A stretch of 12,243 nt of DNA from Halalkalibacterium halodurans (GTDB lineage Bacteria > Bacillota > Bacilli > Bacillales > Bacillaceae_D): assembly GCF_004376175.1 (NCBI RefSeq), contig NZ_SNUY01000089.1, positions 1-12,243 of the forward strand, read 5' to 3'. The notes beneath the pieces are model-generated. The model was given only the letters and a program-made list of their open reading frames with translations. It searched no databases and was not told the origin of the DNA. Shown here piece by piece: positions 1 to 10,079 of the stretch. Made by a program: the position numbers and the translations under genes. Numbering within the stretch: position 1 is the first letter of the stretch; each line of letters begins with the position of its first letter.

Positions 1-293
1 ACTGTCTGACGCTGATATCGCTCTACAAAACAGGCTTTCTCCGCAAACCGCTTCCCGCATCTGCACGCGTACCGGCGCTTTCGATAGAATAGATACACCC
101 ACCGTTCAAAGAGCTTGAGATGTTGAACTTTTTGGATGCGGTAATCATGGATTCTCTCGGTTCTCTCCCCGCAGGATGGGCAACGATGAGGCGTTCGCGG
201 CATTTCTACATGGAGCGCGATAAAGCCCTCTCGTTCCTCCATCTTTGTGACCTTCACACCTTTTAATCCGGGCAAATCCATGGTAAAATTCAT
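1..293 (-). CDS. ISL3-family transposase, N-terminal 97 codons (partial, cut by the window edge)
   Basis: Absent from the ORF track because it is truncated. Hand translation of the reverse complement from the ATG at 293..291 gives MNFTMDLPGLKGVKVTKMEEREGFIALHVEMPRTPHRCPSCGERTERIHDYRIQKVQHLKLFERWVYLFYRKRRYACRCGKRFAEKACFVERYQRQT. The pattern CPxCG...HDYRxQ...RRYxCxCGKRFxE is the N-terminal zinc-finger signature of ISL3 transposases. AGGAG lies 11 nt upstream of the ATG. Confidence 0.85.
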   Translation of the reverse strand, partial: MNFTMDLPGLKGVKVTKMEEREGFIALHVEMPRTPHRCPSCGERTERIHDYRIQKVQHLKLFERWVYLFYRKRRYACRCGKRFAEKACFVERYQRQT

Positions 294-391
294 CGTACAC
301 GCAGCTCCTATCCTTTCTTTGTTTCTCGACAATTCAAGGATAATGGATAAAGGAGCCTGCGTGCATTTTTTTTGCCCTCTTTTGTGCAAAA

Positions 392-414
392 ACCCCAACA
401 TTTATTGTAGAGCC
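392..414 (-). repeat. Terminal inverted repeat (IRL) of the ISL3-family element
   Basis: Minus-strand read from 414 is GGCTCTACAATAAATGTTGGGGT. It matches the plus-strand read from 12118 (GGTTCTTAGTCAAATGTTGGGGT) at 17 of 23 positions, including a perfect 12-nt core AAATGTTGGGGT. The exact terminus is uncertain by a few nt because TTTT flanks both ends. Confidence 0.6.
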
Positions 415-423
415 AAAAAACCT

Positions 424-461
424 AAAAAAACAACACATGCCTCCTCTAGCGACATGTGCTG
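424..461 (-). terminator. Rho-independent terminator of the hem operon
   Basis: On the minus strand, just after the hemL stop, CAGCACATG (461..453) pairs with CATGTGTTG (439..431). This gives 9 bp with one G-U pair and a 13-nt loop. A run of seven T follows immediately (430..424). Confidence 0.6.
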
Positions 462-467
462 TTCAGT

Positions 468-1757
468 CTATTTTTTTAAACGCTTGAATGCTTGACGTGC
501 TGCATCAACTGTAAAATCAATATCTGCCTCTGTATGTTTCGTTGATAGGAACATTCCTTCAAACTGAGATGGCGGAAGTGATACTCCTAGATGTAACATC
601 TCCTTAAAATATTTTGCGAAAAATTCTAGATCTGAGCTTGAAGCGTCTGCAAAATTTTTCACCTTCTTATCGGTAAAGAAAAAGCCAACCATTGAGCCAG
701 CCCGGGACGTATAGTGTGGAATATCATACTCCTTCGCCACAGCTGATAGCCCTTCTGCTAATCGATCTCCTAGTCGATCAAAATATTCGTAATTCGCTTC
801 CGTTAATTGTACAAGTGTCTCATAACCAGCTGTCATCGCTAACGGATTTCCTGATAGTGTCCCCGCTTGATAAATCGGGCCACTCGGAGCGATTTGCTCC
901 ATGATCTCTCGTTTTCCACCATAGGCGCCAACTGGAAGACCACCTCCAATGACTTTTCCAAGACACGTCAAATCAGGTGTAATCCCAAATGCCCCTTGCG
1001 CACAGTGGTAGCCGACACGGAATCCTGTCATCACTTCATCAAAGATAAGAAGTGTACCATTTTCTTCTGTTAGACGGCGCAACTCTTCTAAAAACCCTGG
1101 TTCAGGTGGGACAACTCCCATATTCCCTGCAACTGGCTCAACGATTACACCCGCTAGATCATCGCCGAATTGCTCGAACGCATAACGGACGCTCTCGAGG
1201 TCATTGTATGGAACCGTCAACGTATTTTGGGCAACTGTTTCAGGTACTCCTGGACTATCTGGAAGACCGAGAGTCGCCACACCAGATCCAGCTTTAATCA
1301 GTAATGAATCACCATGCCCGTGGTAGCAGCCTTCAAATTTTAAAATTTTATTTCTGCCCGTATAGCCTCTAGCTAAACGGAGTGCACTCATCGTCGCCTC
1401 TGTTCCTGAGTTAACCATCCGCACCACTTCAATCGAAGGGACACGCTCAATGACAAGCTCTGCTAGCTTTGTCTCTAATTCACTTGGGGCGCCAAAACTC
1501 GTCCCTTTTTCTGTCGTCTCTTTTAATTTTTCAACCACTTGATCATCGGCATGTCCTAAAATAAGCGGTCCCCATGAAAGAACATAATCAATATACTCGT
1601 TTCCATCAATATCGTAAATGTTCGCTCCTTTTCCTCGTTCCATAAACACTGGGTCCATGTTTACAGACTTAAAGGCACGGACGGGGCTGTTTACCCCCCC
1701 TGGCATGAGCGGCTTCGCTCGATTAAACGCTGCGCTTGATTTTTCGAACGTTTTCAT
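468..1757 (-). CDS. hemL: Glutamate-1-semialdehyde 2,1-aminomutase
   Basis: The protein carries class-III aminotransferase GSA-aminomutase motifs ([43 protein letters not shown]). It is the last gene of a hemAXCDBL-type operon. I prefer the ATG at 1757 ([11 protein letters not shown]...), which has GAGGGGGA 8 nt upstream. The track start at 1784 lacks an SD and overlaps the hemB 3' end. Confidence 0.95.
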
Positions 1758-1770
1758 AGCATCATCCCCC

Positions 1771-2757
1771 TCACTTCTCTTCATTTAACCAACGGGCTAC
1801 ATCTTTAGCAAAATAGGTTAAAATTAAATCTGCTCCCGCTCGCTTCATACTTATTAGCTTTTCAAGTACCGTACTTTTTTCATCAATCCATCCTTGCAAG
1901 CTAGCTGCCTTAATCATCGAATATTCCCCAGAAACGTTATAAGCCACAACTGGAAGACCCGTTTCATTTTTTACTTCACGAATAATATCGAGATAAGAGA
2001 GGGCAGGTTTCACAATTAAAAAATCGGCACCTTCCTCTACATCAGAACGGGCTTCTCGCAGTGCTTCTAACCGATTCGCCGGATCCATTTGGTATGTTTT
2101 CCGATCACCAAACACAGGTGAACTATGTGCTGCGTCGCGGAAAGGTCCATAGAATGCTGATGCATATTTTACCGCATACGACATAACGGGTACATCTGTA
2201 AACCCTGCAGAATCCAGTCCAGCACGAATAGCCGCTACAAACCCGTCCATCATGTTAGAAGGGGCAATGATATCAGCCCCAGCTTTTGCTTGGGAAACAG
2301 CCGTTCTCGCTAATAAATCAAGACTCGGATCATTGAGAATTTTTCCTTCTTCAATGACACCACAATGACCATGATCCGTGAATTGGCAAAGGCACGTATC
2401 TGCGATTACCGTTAAATCAGGATATGATTCTTTTACTTGACGAATCGCTTGTTGGACAATTCCATGCTCATGATAGGCAGCGCTACCGACAGCGTCTTTT
2501 TCAGCTGGGACCCCAAAAAGAATAATCGCTGGGATTCCTAAAGAGACGATTTCATCCACTTCTGCATCCAACTGATCGAGCGATAATTGATAGACATTCG
2601 GCATGGATGGAACCTCTTGTCTCACCCCTTCGCCTTCCTTCACGAAAATGGGATAAATAAGATCATCAATATGTAGTTTCGTTTCCCTTACCATGTTGCG
2701 AATAGCGGCCGTTTGCCGAAGTCTTCGATGGCGCTTAAACGTTAAATCTTGTCCCAT
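1771..2757 (-). CDS. hemB: Porphobilinogen synthase (delta-aminolevulinic acid dehydratase)
   Basis: The 328-aa product has the Cys-rich Zn site [14 protein letters not shown], the active-site regions [17 protein letters not shown] and [11 protein letters not shown], and a full-length ALAD fold. It sits between hemD and hemL. Confidence 0.97.
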   Translation of the reverse strand: MGQDLTFKRHRRLRQTAAIRNMVRETKLHIDDLIYPIFVKEGEGVRQEVPSMPNVYQLSLDQLDAEVDEIVSLGIPAIILFGVPAEKDAVGSAAYHEHGIVQQAIRQVKESYPDLTVIADTCLCQFTDHGHCGVIEEGKILNDPSLDLLARTAVSQAKAGADIIAPSNMMDGFVAAIRAGLDSAGFTDVPVMSYAVKYASAFYGPFRDAAHSSPVFGDRKTYQMDPANRLEALREARSDVEEGADFLIVKPALSYLDIIREVKNETGLPVVAYNVSGEYSMIKAASLQGWIDEKSTVLEKLISMKRAGADLILTYFAKDVARWLNEEK

Positions 2758-2759
2758 TG

Positions 2760-3521
2760 TTATCCGTCCTCCTTTACAAAATCACAGATCGCGTTTACAA
2801 GACCTTCCCCTGTATACGTCTTGGCTACAATATGAACCGGCAGTCCACGCTGTTTTGCTCTAGCGGCAGCAATTGGACCAATATAAGCATACAATAAATG
2901 CTCGTGAAGTATGAACTCACGATCGAGAAGCGTCACAAAATGATCAACGGCTGAGGGCGAAGTAAACGTAATAATCTCAATCCTATGCTTTTGAAACGCT
3001 TCGCATAACATCACTTTGGCTTCCAATGGCCGCTTCGTTTCATAAACGGTCATCTCATCGACGATAAAGCCGTTTGTCTCCAGTCCAACTTTTACGGTAG
3101 GGCGAGCTAAATTCCCTTTTGGAAACAGGACTCGGCACGGCTTTAATCTTTTCACCATTGTTTCAACCAATGACTCTGCAACGTACTCATTCGGCATTAA
3201 GTCTACACTGATTCCGTAGCGCGAAAGCTCTCGTTGTGTCGAGCTCCCTACAGCCGCAATGGAAGGCAATTTTTTAAGCTCCTGCCGTGGCCATGTGTTG
3301 AAAAAAAAACGGACGGCGTTGGCACTTGTGAATACAATCCATTCATATGATTGGATGGACGCCCCTACTTCTTCATACACGTCCATCGTTTTTATAAACG
3401 AAAGCAGTGGGACTTCAATTGGAACTCCCCCTGCTTCCTCAATCAAACGAGAAAGGGAAGAGGCTTGCTCCTTTGCTCTCGTAATAAGCACACCCTTCCC
3501 CTTTAATACGGGTGCAATCAT
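2760..3521 (-). CDS. hemD: Uroporphyrinogen-III synthase
   Basis: The 253-aa product is the size of a stand-alone HemD, with a typical N-terminus ([15 protein letters not shown]). It lies between hemC and hemB. Its ATG overlaps the hemC stop as ATGA. This family is weakly conserved, so the call leans on operon context. Confidence 0.88.
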   Translation of the reverse strand: MIAPVLKGKGVLITRAKEQASSLSRLIEEAGGVPIEVPLLSFIKTMDVYEEVGASIQSYEWIVFTSANAVRFFFNTWPRQELKKLPSIAAVGSSTQRELSRYGISVDLMPNEYVAESLVETMVKRLKPCRVLFPKGNLARPTVKVGLETNGFIVDEMTVYETKRPLEAKVMLCEAFQKHRIEIITFTSPSAVDHFVTLLDREFILHEHLLYAYIGPIAAARAKQRGLPVHIVAKTYTGEGLVNAICDFVKEDG

Positions 3522-4453
3522 TGCGACTCCAACCCTTTTTTCACTTGCTCTAGCACTTCCTTCGCTCCTTGATCCATCAAAGTCTGTGCCATCGTTTCAC
3601 CAAGTTGAACAGGATCTTTTCCACGAAGAATTTCTTTAAAAATTTGCTCACCATCTGGTGTGCCGACTAGGGCGGTTAGCTCAATCTCTCCTTCATCTGT
3701 TAACGTGGCGTATCCAGCGATCGGAACTTGACATCCCCCTTCCATCCGATGAAGGAATGTTCGCTCCGCTAGAACCGTCTTTGCCGTTGTGTCATCATTG
3801 ATCGTCTTTAACATCTCAAGAACTTCGTCGTCATCCGCTCGGCACTCAATGCCTAAAGCTCCTTGTCCAACCGCAGGAACACAAAGGTCTGGGTCAAGAT
3901 ATTCGGTCACAATTTCATTGGACCAGCCCATTCTCTCAAGACCTGCTGCGGCAAGAATGATCGCATCGAAATCTTCCTCTTTTAGCTTTCGCAAGCGTGT
4001 TTCAATGTTTCCACGAATCCACTTAACTTCTAGGTCTGGACGCTTCGCTAAAATTTGGGCGGAGCGTCGTAAGCTGCTCGTTCCGACAATTGAACCGGCT
4101 GGCAATTCGGCCAACGTATATCCTTCATTTGAAATGAGCGCATCCCTTGGGTCGACTCGAGTCGTTGTTGCTCCTAGAGCAAATCCTTCCTGAAGTACAG
4201 AAGGAACGTCCTTCATACTGTGAACGGCGATATCGATTTCTTTGTTCGCCATCGCCTGTTCGATCTCCTTAACAAATAACCCTTTCCCCCCTACCTTTGA
4301 GAGGGTAACGTCAAGAATTTGATCGCCTTTTGTGATAATTTTTTTTATTTCAAAATCAAAAGGAGCACCGGCCTCTTTTAATTTGCTGATCACCCACTCC
4401 GTTTGGGTAAGCGCCAATTGGCTCCGTCTTGAACCGATAATTATTTTTCGCAA
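3518..4453 (-). CDS. hemC: Hydroxymethylbilane synthase (porphobilinogen deaminase)
   Basis: HemC motifs are present: [41 protein letters not shown] and EGGCQVPIA (the cofactor cysteine). The maximal ORF starts at the ATG at 4498, inside the hemX 3' end. I prefer the TTG at 4453..4451, which has GGAGG (4466..4462) 8 nt upstream. It gives [11 protein letters not shown], matching the usual HemC N-terminus. Confidence 0.92.
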   Translation of the reverse strand: MRKIIIGSRRSQLALTQTEWVISKLKEAGAPFDFEIKKIITKGDQILDVTLSKVGGKGLFVKEIEQAMANKEIDIAVHSMKDVPSVLQEGFALGATTTRVDPRDALISNEGYTLAELPAGSIVGTSSLRRSAQILAKRPDLEVKWIRGNIETRLRKLKEEDFDAIILAAAGLERMGWSNEIVTEYLDPDLCVPAVGQGALGIECRADDDEVLEMLKTINDDTTAKTVLAERTFLHRMEGGCQVPIAGYATLTDEGEIELTALVGTPDGEQIFKEILRGKDPVQLGETMAQTLMDQGAKEVLEQVKKGLESQ

Positions 4454-4488
4454 TTCTCCAACCTCCAACTCTATTGTTCCAACGTCTT

Positions 4489-5304
4489 TTAATCCCATAA
4501 GTGAAACGTAGATAGGCTACCAGGGAGAAAATAATTGATTAGTATGAGTAAAAAGCACGCCACGTTTAGCAGCGCCATAGAATAGCCTCTTTTCATCTTT
4601 ACCACACGTTGGTATAAGTAAACCGCATAACCACACATGACGATCATTGATGAGATCACCTTTGCGTCAAACCAAGGCAGTTCCCCAAACTGAATCGAGG
4701 CCCAAACAAATCCTAGGATAATGCCAATCAAAAAAAGCGGGAAGGCAAACATTGTCGAGTGAAACGCGTACTGATCCAACTTAGTCAACGCCCCTAACCG
4801 CAGCAGCCGTTTTCCCCATTTTTTTCGCTTCAACATTTGGTGCTCGAGAACATACAAAGCGGAAAACGCAAATGCTAGCGTAAGCCCAGCATAAGAAAGC
4901 AAAATCATCGATACGTGGATGATCAATAGCTCCGAGATGAGCAAGGAGGCGAGCGATTCTGGTACGTCTCCATCTGGGGTAAACAAACTAAATGACATCA
5001 TAACAAAGCCGATGATATTGACGAAAAAAACGAGAAAATCGACGCGAAATACACGATTAATGATGAGCGATAGAGTGACAACAACCCATGCATAAAAAAA
5101 TAGCCCTTCAAATGGGGTAATGATCGGTAGCCGATTTAGGTCAATTGCACGTACGATAAAAAAGACCGTTTGTAGTAACCATACAACAGAAAGCAACCAG
5201 AAGGCCAAACGATTGACCTTCCGGTTGTGTTGCAAAAAGTCAATAAAATAAGCAAACAAGCTAATGCTGTAAATGATAATCGTCAACGGGTAAATCCAAT
5301 TCAT
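4489..5304 (-). CDS. hemX: HemX, polytopic membrane protein of the cytochrome c assembly (CcsA/ResC-like) family
   Basis: The 271-aa product is very hydrophobic with multiple predicted TM helices. It lies between hemA and hemC, as in B. subtilis hemAXCDBL. GAGGTGG sits 7 nt upstream of the ATG at 5304. Confidence 0.85.
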   Translation of the reverse strand: MNWIYPLTIIIYSISLFAYFIDFLQHNRKVNRLAFWLLSVVWLLQTVFFIVRAIDLNRLPIITPFEGLFFYAWVVVTLSLIINRVFRVDFLVFFVNIIGFVMMSFSLFTPDGDVPESLASLLISELLIIHVSMILLSYAGLTLAFAFSALYVLEHQMLKRKKWGKRLLRLGALTKLDQYAFHSTMFAFPLFLIGIILGFVWASIQFGELPWFDAKVISSMIVMCGYAVYLYQRVVKMKRGYSMALLNVACFLLILINYFLPGSLSTFHLWD

Positions 5305-5333
5305 ATATTGTCCACCTCAGGAGAATGCTTCCA

Positions 5334-6713
5334 CTAAGATTTTACCATAACATGAGATTGTTTCTCCATACAGGTGATTGGACGTTTTTTCGCAAGCCAC
5401 TCTTGCTCTGCTTGCTTTACTTTTTCTTGTTTTTCTTGCTCAGCCAACTCTTCTTCTAGAGCAAAGATTTTTGTAAACAAATCCAGTGCTTCTTCCCTCT
5501 CCGGTGCGTTCGCAAGCTCTTTAATACGAGTGATTGGATCTCTCAACAACTGATTTACAATGCTTTTAGTATGCTTGCGAAGCACTTTCTTTTCTCTTTC
5601 CGTTAGGTTTGGAAGCTTCCGTTCAATGCTTTCCATCGTTTCCCCCTGAACGGTTAGCGCTTTTGTTCGCAAGGCTGTAATGATTGGGACAACCCCTAGT
5701 GTATTAAGCCATTGCTTAAATTCCACCAGCTCTTCTTCAATCAAAAGCTCAATTTTTTCTGCTTCCGTTCTCCGCTCTTCTAAGTTCGTTTGAACGATGT
5801 TTTGCAAATCGTCAATGTCGTATAAGTATACGTCATCATGCGAAGCAAGGGCCGGGTCTAAATCTCGTGGCACTGCAATGTCCACCATAAAAAGAGGGCG
5901 ACCTTTTCGCTTCTTTAATGCGTGAGAAACCATATCTGACGTGACGACATAACCTGTAGCGCCAGTGGAACTAATGAGGATATCGGCCTCCACTATCGCC
6001 TCTGTCAGCTCATTATATGGACGATCCACACCGAGGAAACGCTTGGCAAGCTCTGCTGCTTTTTCTCTCGTGCGATTAATGACCGTCACTTGTTCTGCAC
6101 CGTTGCTATGAAGGTGCTTTGCTGTTAGCTCGCCCATTTTTCCTGCTCCTAGAATGAGCACTTGCTTTCCTTTAAAATCATCAAAGATTTTCTTTCCAAG
6201 TTCAACAGCTGCATAGCTAACAGATACTGCATTTTGCCCAATATCCGTTTCCGAGTGAGCCCGCTTCGCTAAGGTAATCGCTTGTTTGAACAGATGATTA
6301 AAAATCGAACCAGTGACTTGCTCTTCTTGAGCGATGAAAAAGCTATTTCTAACCTGTCCTAAAATTTGCGTTTCGCCAAGGATCATCGAATCTAATCCTG
6401 TCACCACTCGGAAAAGGTGCTCAATCGCATGATCGTTTTCACGAATCGTTAAAAACGGGGTAAATTCATCTTTCGGCAGCTTGAACCAATCAGCCAAAAA
6501 AGTTTTTGTGAAGTGCCGCCCAGTATGAAGTTGATCGGCAACGACATATAATTCCGTTCGATTACATGTTGAAACAATCGTGCACTCTAAAATACTCTTC
6601 ATTTGACGAAGCTGATGAAGGGCTTGAGGAAGCTCCGAATCTTGAAAGGAGAATTTTTCACGAATTTCAACAGGGGCTGTTTTATAATTTAATCCGATCA
6701 TTAAAATGTGCAT
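5334..6713 (-). CDS. hemA: Glutamyl-tRNA reductase
   Basis: The 459-aa product has the N-terminus [23 protein letters not shown], the catalytic-Cys region STCNRTELY, and the NADPH Rossmann motif [10 protein letters not shown]. It is the first gene of the hem operon. Confidence 0.97.
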   Translation of the reverse strand: MHILMIGLNYKTAPVEIREKFSFQDSELPQALHQLRQMKSILECTIVSTCNRTELYVVADQLHTGRHFTKTFLADWFKLPKDEFTPFLTIRENDHAIEHLFRVVTGLDSMILGETQILGQVRNSFFIAQEEQVTGSIFNHLFKQAITLAKRAHSETDIGQNAVSVSYAAVELGKKIFDDFKGKQVLILGAGKMGELTAKHLHSNGAEQVTVINRTREKAAELAKRFLGVDRPYNELTEAIVEADILISSTGATGYVVTSDMVSHALKKRKGRPLFMVDIAVPRDLDPALASHDDVYLYDIDDLQNIVQTNLEERRTEAEKIELLIEEELVEFKQWLNTLGVVPIITALRTKALTVQGETMESIERKLPNLTEREKKVLRKHTKSIVNQLLRDPITRIKELANAPEREEALDLFTKIFALEEELAEQEKQEKVKQAEQEWLAKKRPITCMEKQSHVMVKS

Positions 6714-6780
6714 GTCTCTCGCTCACCCCTACAGGAAAAATGACAAAATTCTAGTGTACGTCCAATTCAAAACTATCTAC

Positions 6781-6809
6781 ATTATAACATGTCTAATGTA
6801 GCTTGTTAA
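6781..6809 (-). promoter_or_regulatory. Sigma-A type promoter of the hem operon
   Basis: On the minus strand there is a -35 TTAACA (6809..6804), a 17-nt spacer, and an extended -10 TGtTATAAT (hexamer 6786..6781). It lies about 70 nt upstream of the hemA ATG. Confidence 0.6.
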
Positions 6810-6947
6810 AAAAAGTTTGTGAACAGTTAATGAAGGCTGAACGACTGCTAAACATCCATTCAGATCCAGCCATTGGCTTATCTTCTAGCTTAACCAAATC
6901 AAGTCAGAACTATGATAAAAACGAAGTTGTGCCCTAGTGTTTTTTAT

Positions 6948-6962
6948 TTAGAATTATTATTA
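6948..6962. promoter_or_regulatory. Candidate PerR (Fur-family) box
   Basis: TTAGAAT-T-ATTATTA matches the 7-1-7 Per box consensus TTATAAT-N-ATTATAA at 12 of 14 positions. It sits in a very AT-rich tract (about 6940..6990), roughly 140 bp upstream of the hemA -35. AT-richness raises the chance-match rate. Confidence 0.3.
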
Positions 6963-7005
6963 TAAGATATATATTATTATAAATGAATATGAAGGCATGT
7001 CAATA

Positions 7006-7038
7006 GAAAAACACCTTCAACTAGCAGAAGGTGTTTTC
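7006..7038 (-). terminator. Rho-independent (bidirectional-looking) terminator after engB
   Basis: AAAACACCTTC (7008..7018) pairs with GAAGGTGTTTT (7027..7037), giving an 11-bp stem and an 8-nt loop. On the minus strand the stem runs into TTTTTCTATT. It starts 4 nt past the engB stop. Confidence 0.75.
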
Positions 7039-7041
7039 GAA

Positions 7042-7626
7042 TCATGAGATCGCATGGAGGATGGCTTTCCATGCCTCATCTTTTCCTACGCCTGTTTCCG
7101 AGGAAAAAATGACAATTGGATCGCCTCCATCTTTCCCAAGCACACTTGCGATGTTTTTCACGTGTTTTGGCCACTTCCCTTTTGGGATTTTGTCACACTT
7201 TGTCGCGATAATAATGACTGGGATTTCAAAGTGCTTTAACCAGTCATACATCAGTTGGTCATCCTTCGTAGGATCGTGACGAATATCAATGATTTGCAAC
7301 ACAGCTTTTAATTGACCGCGTTGTTGTAAGTACGTCTCAATCATGCGCCCCCAAGCTTCACGGTCTTTCTTTGACACTTTGGCAAATCCATACCCTGGCA
7401 CGTCAACAAAATGCAAGATGTCATTGATGTTATAAAAGTTTAACGTTTGCGTTTTCCCTGGCCTTTGTGACGTGCGAGCTAGCTTTTTTCGATTGATCAT
7501 TTTATTAATAAACGATGACTTCCCTACATTAGAACGACCTGCAAGTGCGACTTCCGGTAACGGACTGTTTGGATATTGCTCTGGCTTCACCGCTACACAG
7601 TCTAGTTCAGCTTTTGTTACTTTCAT
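7042..7626 (-). CDS. engB: Ribosome-biogenesis GTPase EngB/YsxC (YihA family)
   Basis: The 194-aa product has G1 [10 protein letters not shown]3 DVPGYG and G4 TKCDK. Its ATG overlaps the lonA stop as ATGA, the same lonA-ysxC arrangement as in B. subtilis. Confidence 0.95.
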   Translation of the reverse strand: MKVTKAELDCVAVKPEQYPNSPLPEVALAGRSNVGKSSFINKMINRKKLARTSQRPGKTQTLNFYNINDILHFVDVPGYGFAKVSKKDREAWGRMIETYLQQRGQLKAVLQIIDIRHDPTKDDQLMYDWLKHFEIPVIIIATKCDKIPKGKWPKHVKNIASVLGKDGGDPIVIFSSETGVGKDEAWKAILHAIS

Positions 7627-9947
7627 TTCTTCTCTCCCAACGCATGCTTTAACACTTGATCTAAGTGATCAACTAAAATATAGTTTAAATCCTCACGTAC
7701 ACTTTTTGGAATATCTTCTAAATCTTTTTCATTCTCCTTCGGGATGATGATAGTCGTCAGTCCAGCACGATGGGCGCTCATCGATTTTTCTTTTAAACCA
7801 CCAATCGGTAACACACGGCCTCTCAACGTAATTTCCCCTGTCATTCCTACTTCTTTTTTCACAACACGACCAGTTAATGCGGAAATGAGGGCTGTCGCCA
7901 TCGTGATTCCTGCAGACGGCCCATCTTTTGGTGTAGCCCCTTCAGGAACATGAATATGGATATCGTTTTTTTCATGGAAGCTCGGGTCGATGTCTAGCTC
8001 TTTTGAGCGTGAGCGAATGTAACTAAACGCAGCTTGAGCTGATTCTTTCATTACATCGCCAAGCTTTCCTGTAAGAATGAGCTTCCCTTTTCCAGGCACG
8101 ACCGATACTTCAATCGAGAGCGTATCTCCTCCCGCCGTAGTATAGGCGAGACCTGTCGCTGCTCCCACTTGATCTTGCTCTTCTGCAAGTCCATAGCGAA
8201 ACCGCTTTTTCCCTAACATTGTTTCGATAGTGTTTTGAGTAACAACCACTCGCTTTTTCTTTCCAGATACGAGCATTTTTGCCCCTTTGCGGCAAAGGGT
8301 AGCCATTTGCCGTTCCAAGCTTCGAACACCGGCTTCCCGGGTATAATAGCGAATAACTTTTAAAATCGCTTCTTCCTTCACTTGAAAAGTTCCTTTAGTT
8401 AGGCCATGTTCCTTCATTTGTTTTGGCAGAAGATAGTCTAACGCTATTCGCTGTTTTTCAACCTCTGTATAACCAGCAATTTGGATAATTTCCATTCGAT
8501 CAAGAAGCGGACCTGGAATCGTCATAATGTTGTTTGCAGTTGTAATGAACATCACTTTCGATAAGTCGTAGGGCTCTTCAATGTAGTGATCACTGAACGT
8601 ATGGTTTTGTTCAGGGTCGAGTACTTCTAAAAGGGCCGCTGCTGGGTCTCCTCTAAAGTCGTTTGCCATCTTATCGATTTCATCAAGTAAAAATACTGGG
8701 TTGACCGATCCTGCCTTTTTCATTCCTTGAATAATTCGTCCCGGCATGGCCCCAACATAGGTACGACGATGACCACGAATCTCAGCTTCATCCCGAACAC
8801 CGCCTAGGGATATACGAACAAACTCCCGGTTAAGTGCTCGTGCCACAGAGCGTGCGAGCGACGTCTTTCCAACTCCAGGGGGGCCCGCCAGACATAAAAT
8901 CGGACCTTTTAGTTCTTTCGTTAATTGCTGAACCGCCAAATATTCAATGACACGTTCTTTTACTTTTTCTAAACCATAATGATCTTCGTCTAGGATGCGT
9001 TCGGCACGGTTTACGTCAAGAATGTCTTCCGTTTCCTTCACCCATGGTAGCTGTATCAACCAATCAAGATAATTTCGGAGAACAGAGCTTTCTGCGGAGC
9101 TAGCCGGCATTTTTTCATACCGTTCCAATTCTTTTAATGCTTTTTCTTCTACGTTTTCTGGCATGTTCGCCTCATCTATTTGCTCACGTAATGAGGCAAC
9201 TTCCCCTGTTTTTCCTTCCTTATCTCCTAGCTCTTTTTGAATCGCCTTCATTTGCTCCCGAAGGTAATACTCCTTCTGAGTACGCTCCATTGATTTTTTG
9301 ACCCGTTGACCGATTTTCTTTTCGAGCCCGATCACTTCTTTTTCGTTGTTCAATACGTCAATGACTTGCAGCAACCGCTCTTTTACGGACGTTGTTTCAA
9401 GAAGCTGCTGCTTTTCGACAATTTTTAACGGTAGATGAGAAGCGATAACATCCGCCAACCGACCAGGCTCAGCAATATCAGAAACAGACGCTAACGTTTC
9501 AGCCGACACTTTTTTCGATAGCTTGATGTATTGTTCAAATAATTGCAGCACATTGCGCATAAGAGCCTTATTTTCGGTCGCGTTATCTTCATCATCTTCA
9601 GGCAAGGTACGCATCTCTACTTCGATAAATGCATCATTGGCAACATATTTTTCGATCTTCGCTCGCTGAAGCCCTTCGACGAGTACACGAATCGTCCCAT
9701 TCGGGAGCTTTAACATTTGCTTAACTTTCGCATAAGTCCCAATTTGATAAATGTCGGTTTCGATCGGTTCATCTATAGAAATTTCTTTTTGCGCAGCGAG
9801 TAAAATGTAGTGGTCATCAATCATTGCATGTTCTAAAGCTTCAACAGATTTCTTTCGTCCAACATCTAGATGGAGGACCATCGTTGGAAAAACGAGCAAT
9901 CCTCTTAGCGGCAACAGTGGTATATTGCGCCGCACGCTTTCAGCCAT
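7623..9947 (-). CDS. lonA: ATP-dependent Lon protease (LonA type)
   Basis: The Lon N-domain begins [23 protein letters not shown]. It has Walker [10 protein letters not shown], Walker B FLLDEIDK and the protease Ser motif [13 protein letters not shown] prefer the ATG at 9947 ([14 protein letters not shown]), which has GGAGGTG 7 nt upstream. The track start at 10001 is a TTG with no SD. Confidence 0.97.
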   Translation of the reverse strand: MAESVRRNIPLLPLRGLLVFPTMVLHLDVGRKKSVEALEHAMIDDHYILLAAQKEISIDEPIETDIYQIGTYAKVKQMLKLPNGTIRVLVEGLQRAKIEKYVANDAFIEVEMRTLPEDDEDNATENKALMRNVLQLFEQYIKLSKKVSAETLASVSDIAEPGRLADVIASHLPLKIVEKQQLLETTSVKERLLQVIDVLNNEKEVIGLEKKIGQRVKKSMERTQKEYYLREQMKAIQKELGDKEGKTGEVASLREQIDEANMPENVEEKALKELERYEKMPASSAESSVLRNYLDWLIQLPWVKETEDILDVNRAERILDEDHYGLEKVKERVIEYLAVQQLTKELKGPILCLAGPPGVGKTSLARSVARALNREFVRISLGGVRDEAEIRGHRRTYVGAMPGRIIQGMKKAGSVNPVFLLDEIDKMANDFRGDPAAALLEVLDPEQNHTFSDHYIEEPYDLSKVMFITTANNIMTIPGPLLDRMEIIQIAGYTEVEKQRIALDYLLPKQMKEHGLTKGTFQVKEEAILKVIRYYTREAGVRSLERQMATLCRKGAKMLVSGKKKRVVVTQNTIETMLGKKRFRYGLAEEQDQVGAATGLAYTTAGGDTLSIEVSVVPGKGKLILTGKLGDVMKESAQAAFSYIRSRSKELDIDPSFHEKNDIHIHVPEGATPKDGPSAGITMATALISALTGRVVKKEVGMTGEITLRGRVLPIGGLKEKSMSAHRAGLTTIIIPKENEKDLEDIPKSVREDLNYILVDHLDQVLKHALGEKK

Positions 9948-10047
9948 CCGCACACACCTCCAAAAATTCTTCATCCTTCGACAGAATTCGTCATACTCCA
10001 ATCAATGTTGCGAAAAAATTGGGGGTTTTTGGCGATTCAGTATCTCA

Positions 10048-10076
10048 ATTTTATCTTAATGATACCCCTTTGTCTA
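10048..10076 (-). promoter_or_regulatory. Candidate sigma-A promoter for lonA-engB
   Basis: On the minus strand there is a -35 TAGACA (10076..10071), a 17-nt spacer, and a -10 TAAAAT (10053..10048). It begins 3 nt past the lonB stop and lies about 100 nt upstream of the lonA ATG. Confidence 0.4.
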
Positions 10077-10079
10077 ATA

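Larger units (their letters stand above)
1..414 (-). mobile_element. ISL3-family insertion sequence, transposase-proximal (left) end; the body continues beyond the window start
   Basis: A transposase N-terminus on the minus strand (1..293) is preceded by a 121-nt leader. The leader ends at about 414 in GGCTCTACAATAAATGTTGGGGT (read on the minus strand). GGCTCT is the typical first hexamer of ISL3-family terminal inverted repeats. Confidence 0.8.

Noticed and set aside
247-495. Plus-strand 82-aa ORF from the track
   Set aside because: It spans the IS leader, the IS terminus, the hemL terminator and the hemL 3' end. It has no SD, and its peptide is low-complexity and Cys/Lys-rich. It is explained by the minus-strand features.
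6830-6937. Small plus-strand ORF (35 aa, MKAERLLNIHSDPAIGL...) in the engB-hemA spacer. Other tiny ORFs occur there: 26 aa on the minus strand, and 17 aa and 7 aa on the plus strand.
   Set aside because: None has an SD at proper spacing or a recognisable promoter, and the peptide is unremarkable. It cannot be supported from sequence alone.
8110-8295. Minus-strand 61-aa ORF inside lonA
   Set aside because: It is out of frame within the LonA coding sequence, Arg-rich and low-complexity, with no SD.
9977-9983. Spo0A-box heptamer TGTCGAA (minus strand) in the lonA 5' leader
   Set aside because: It is a single 7-mer match of the kind expected by chance about once in a window this size. There is no second box and no supporting context.
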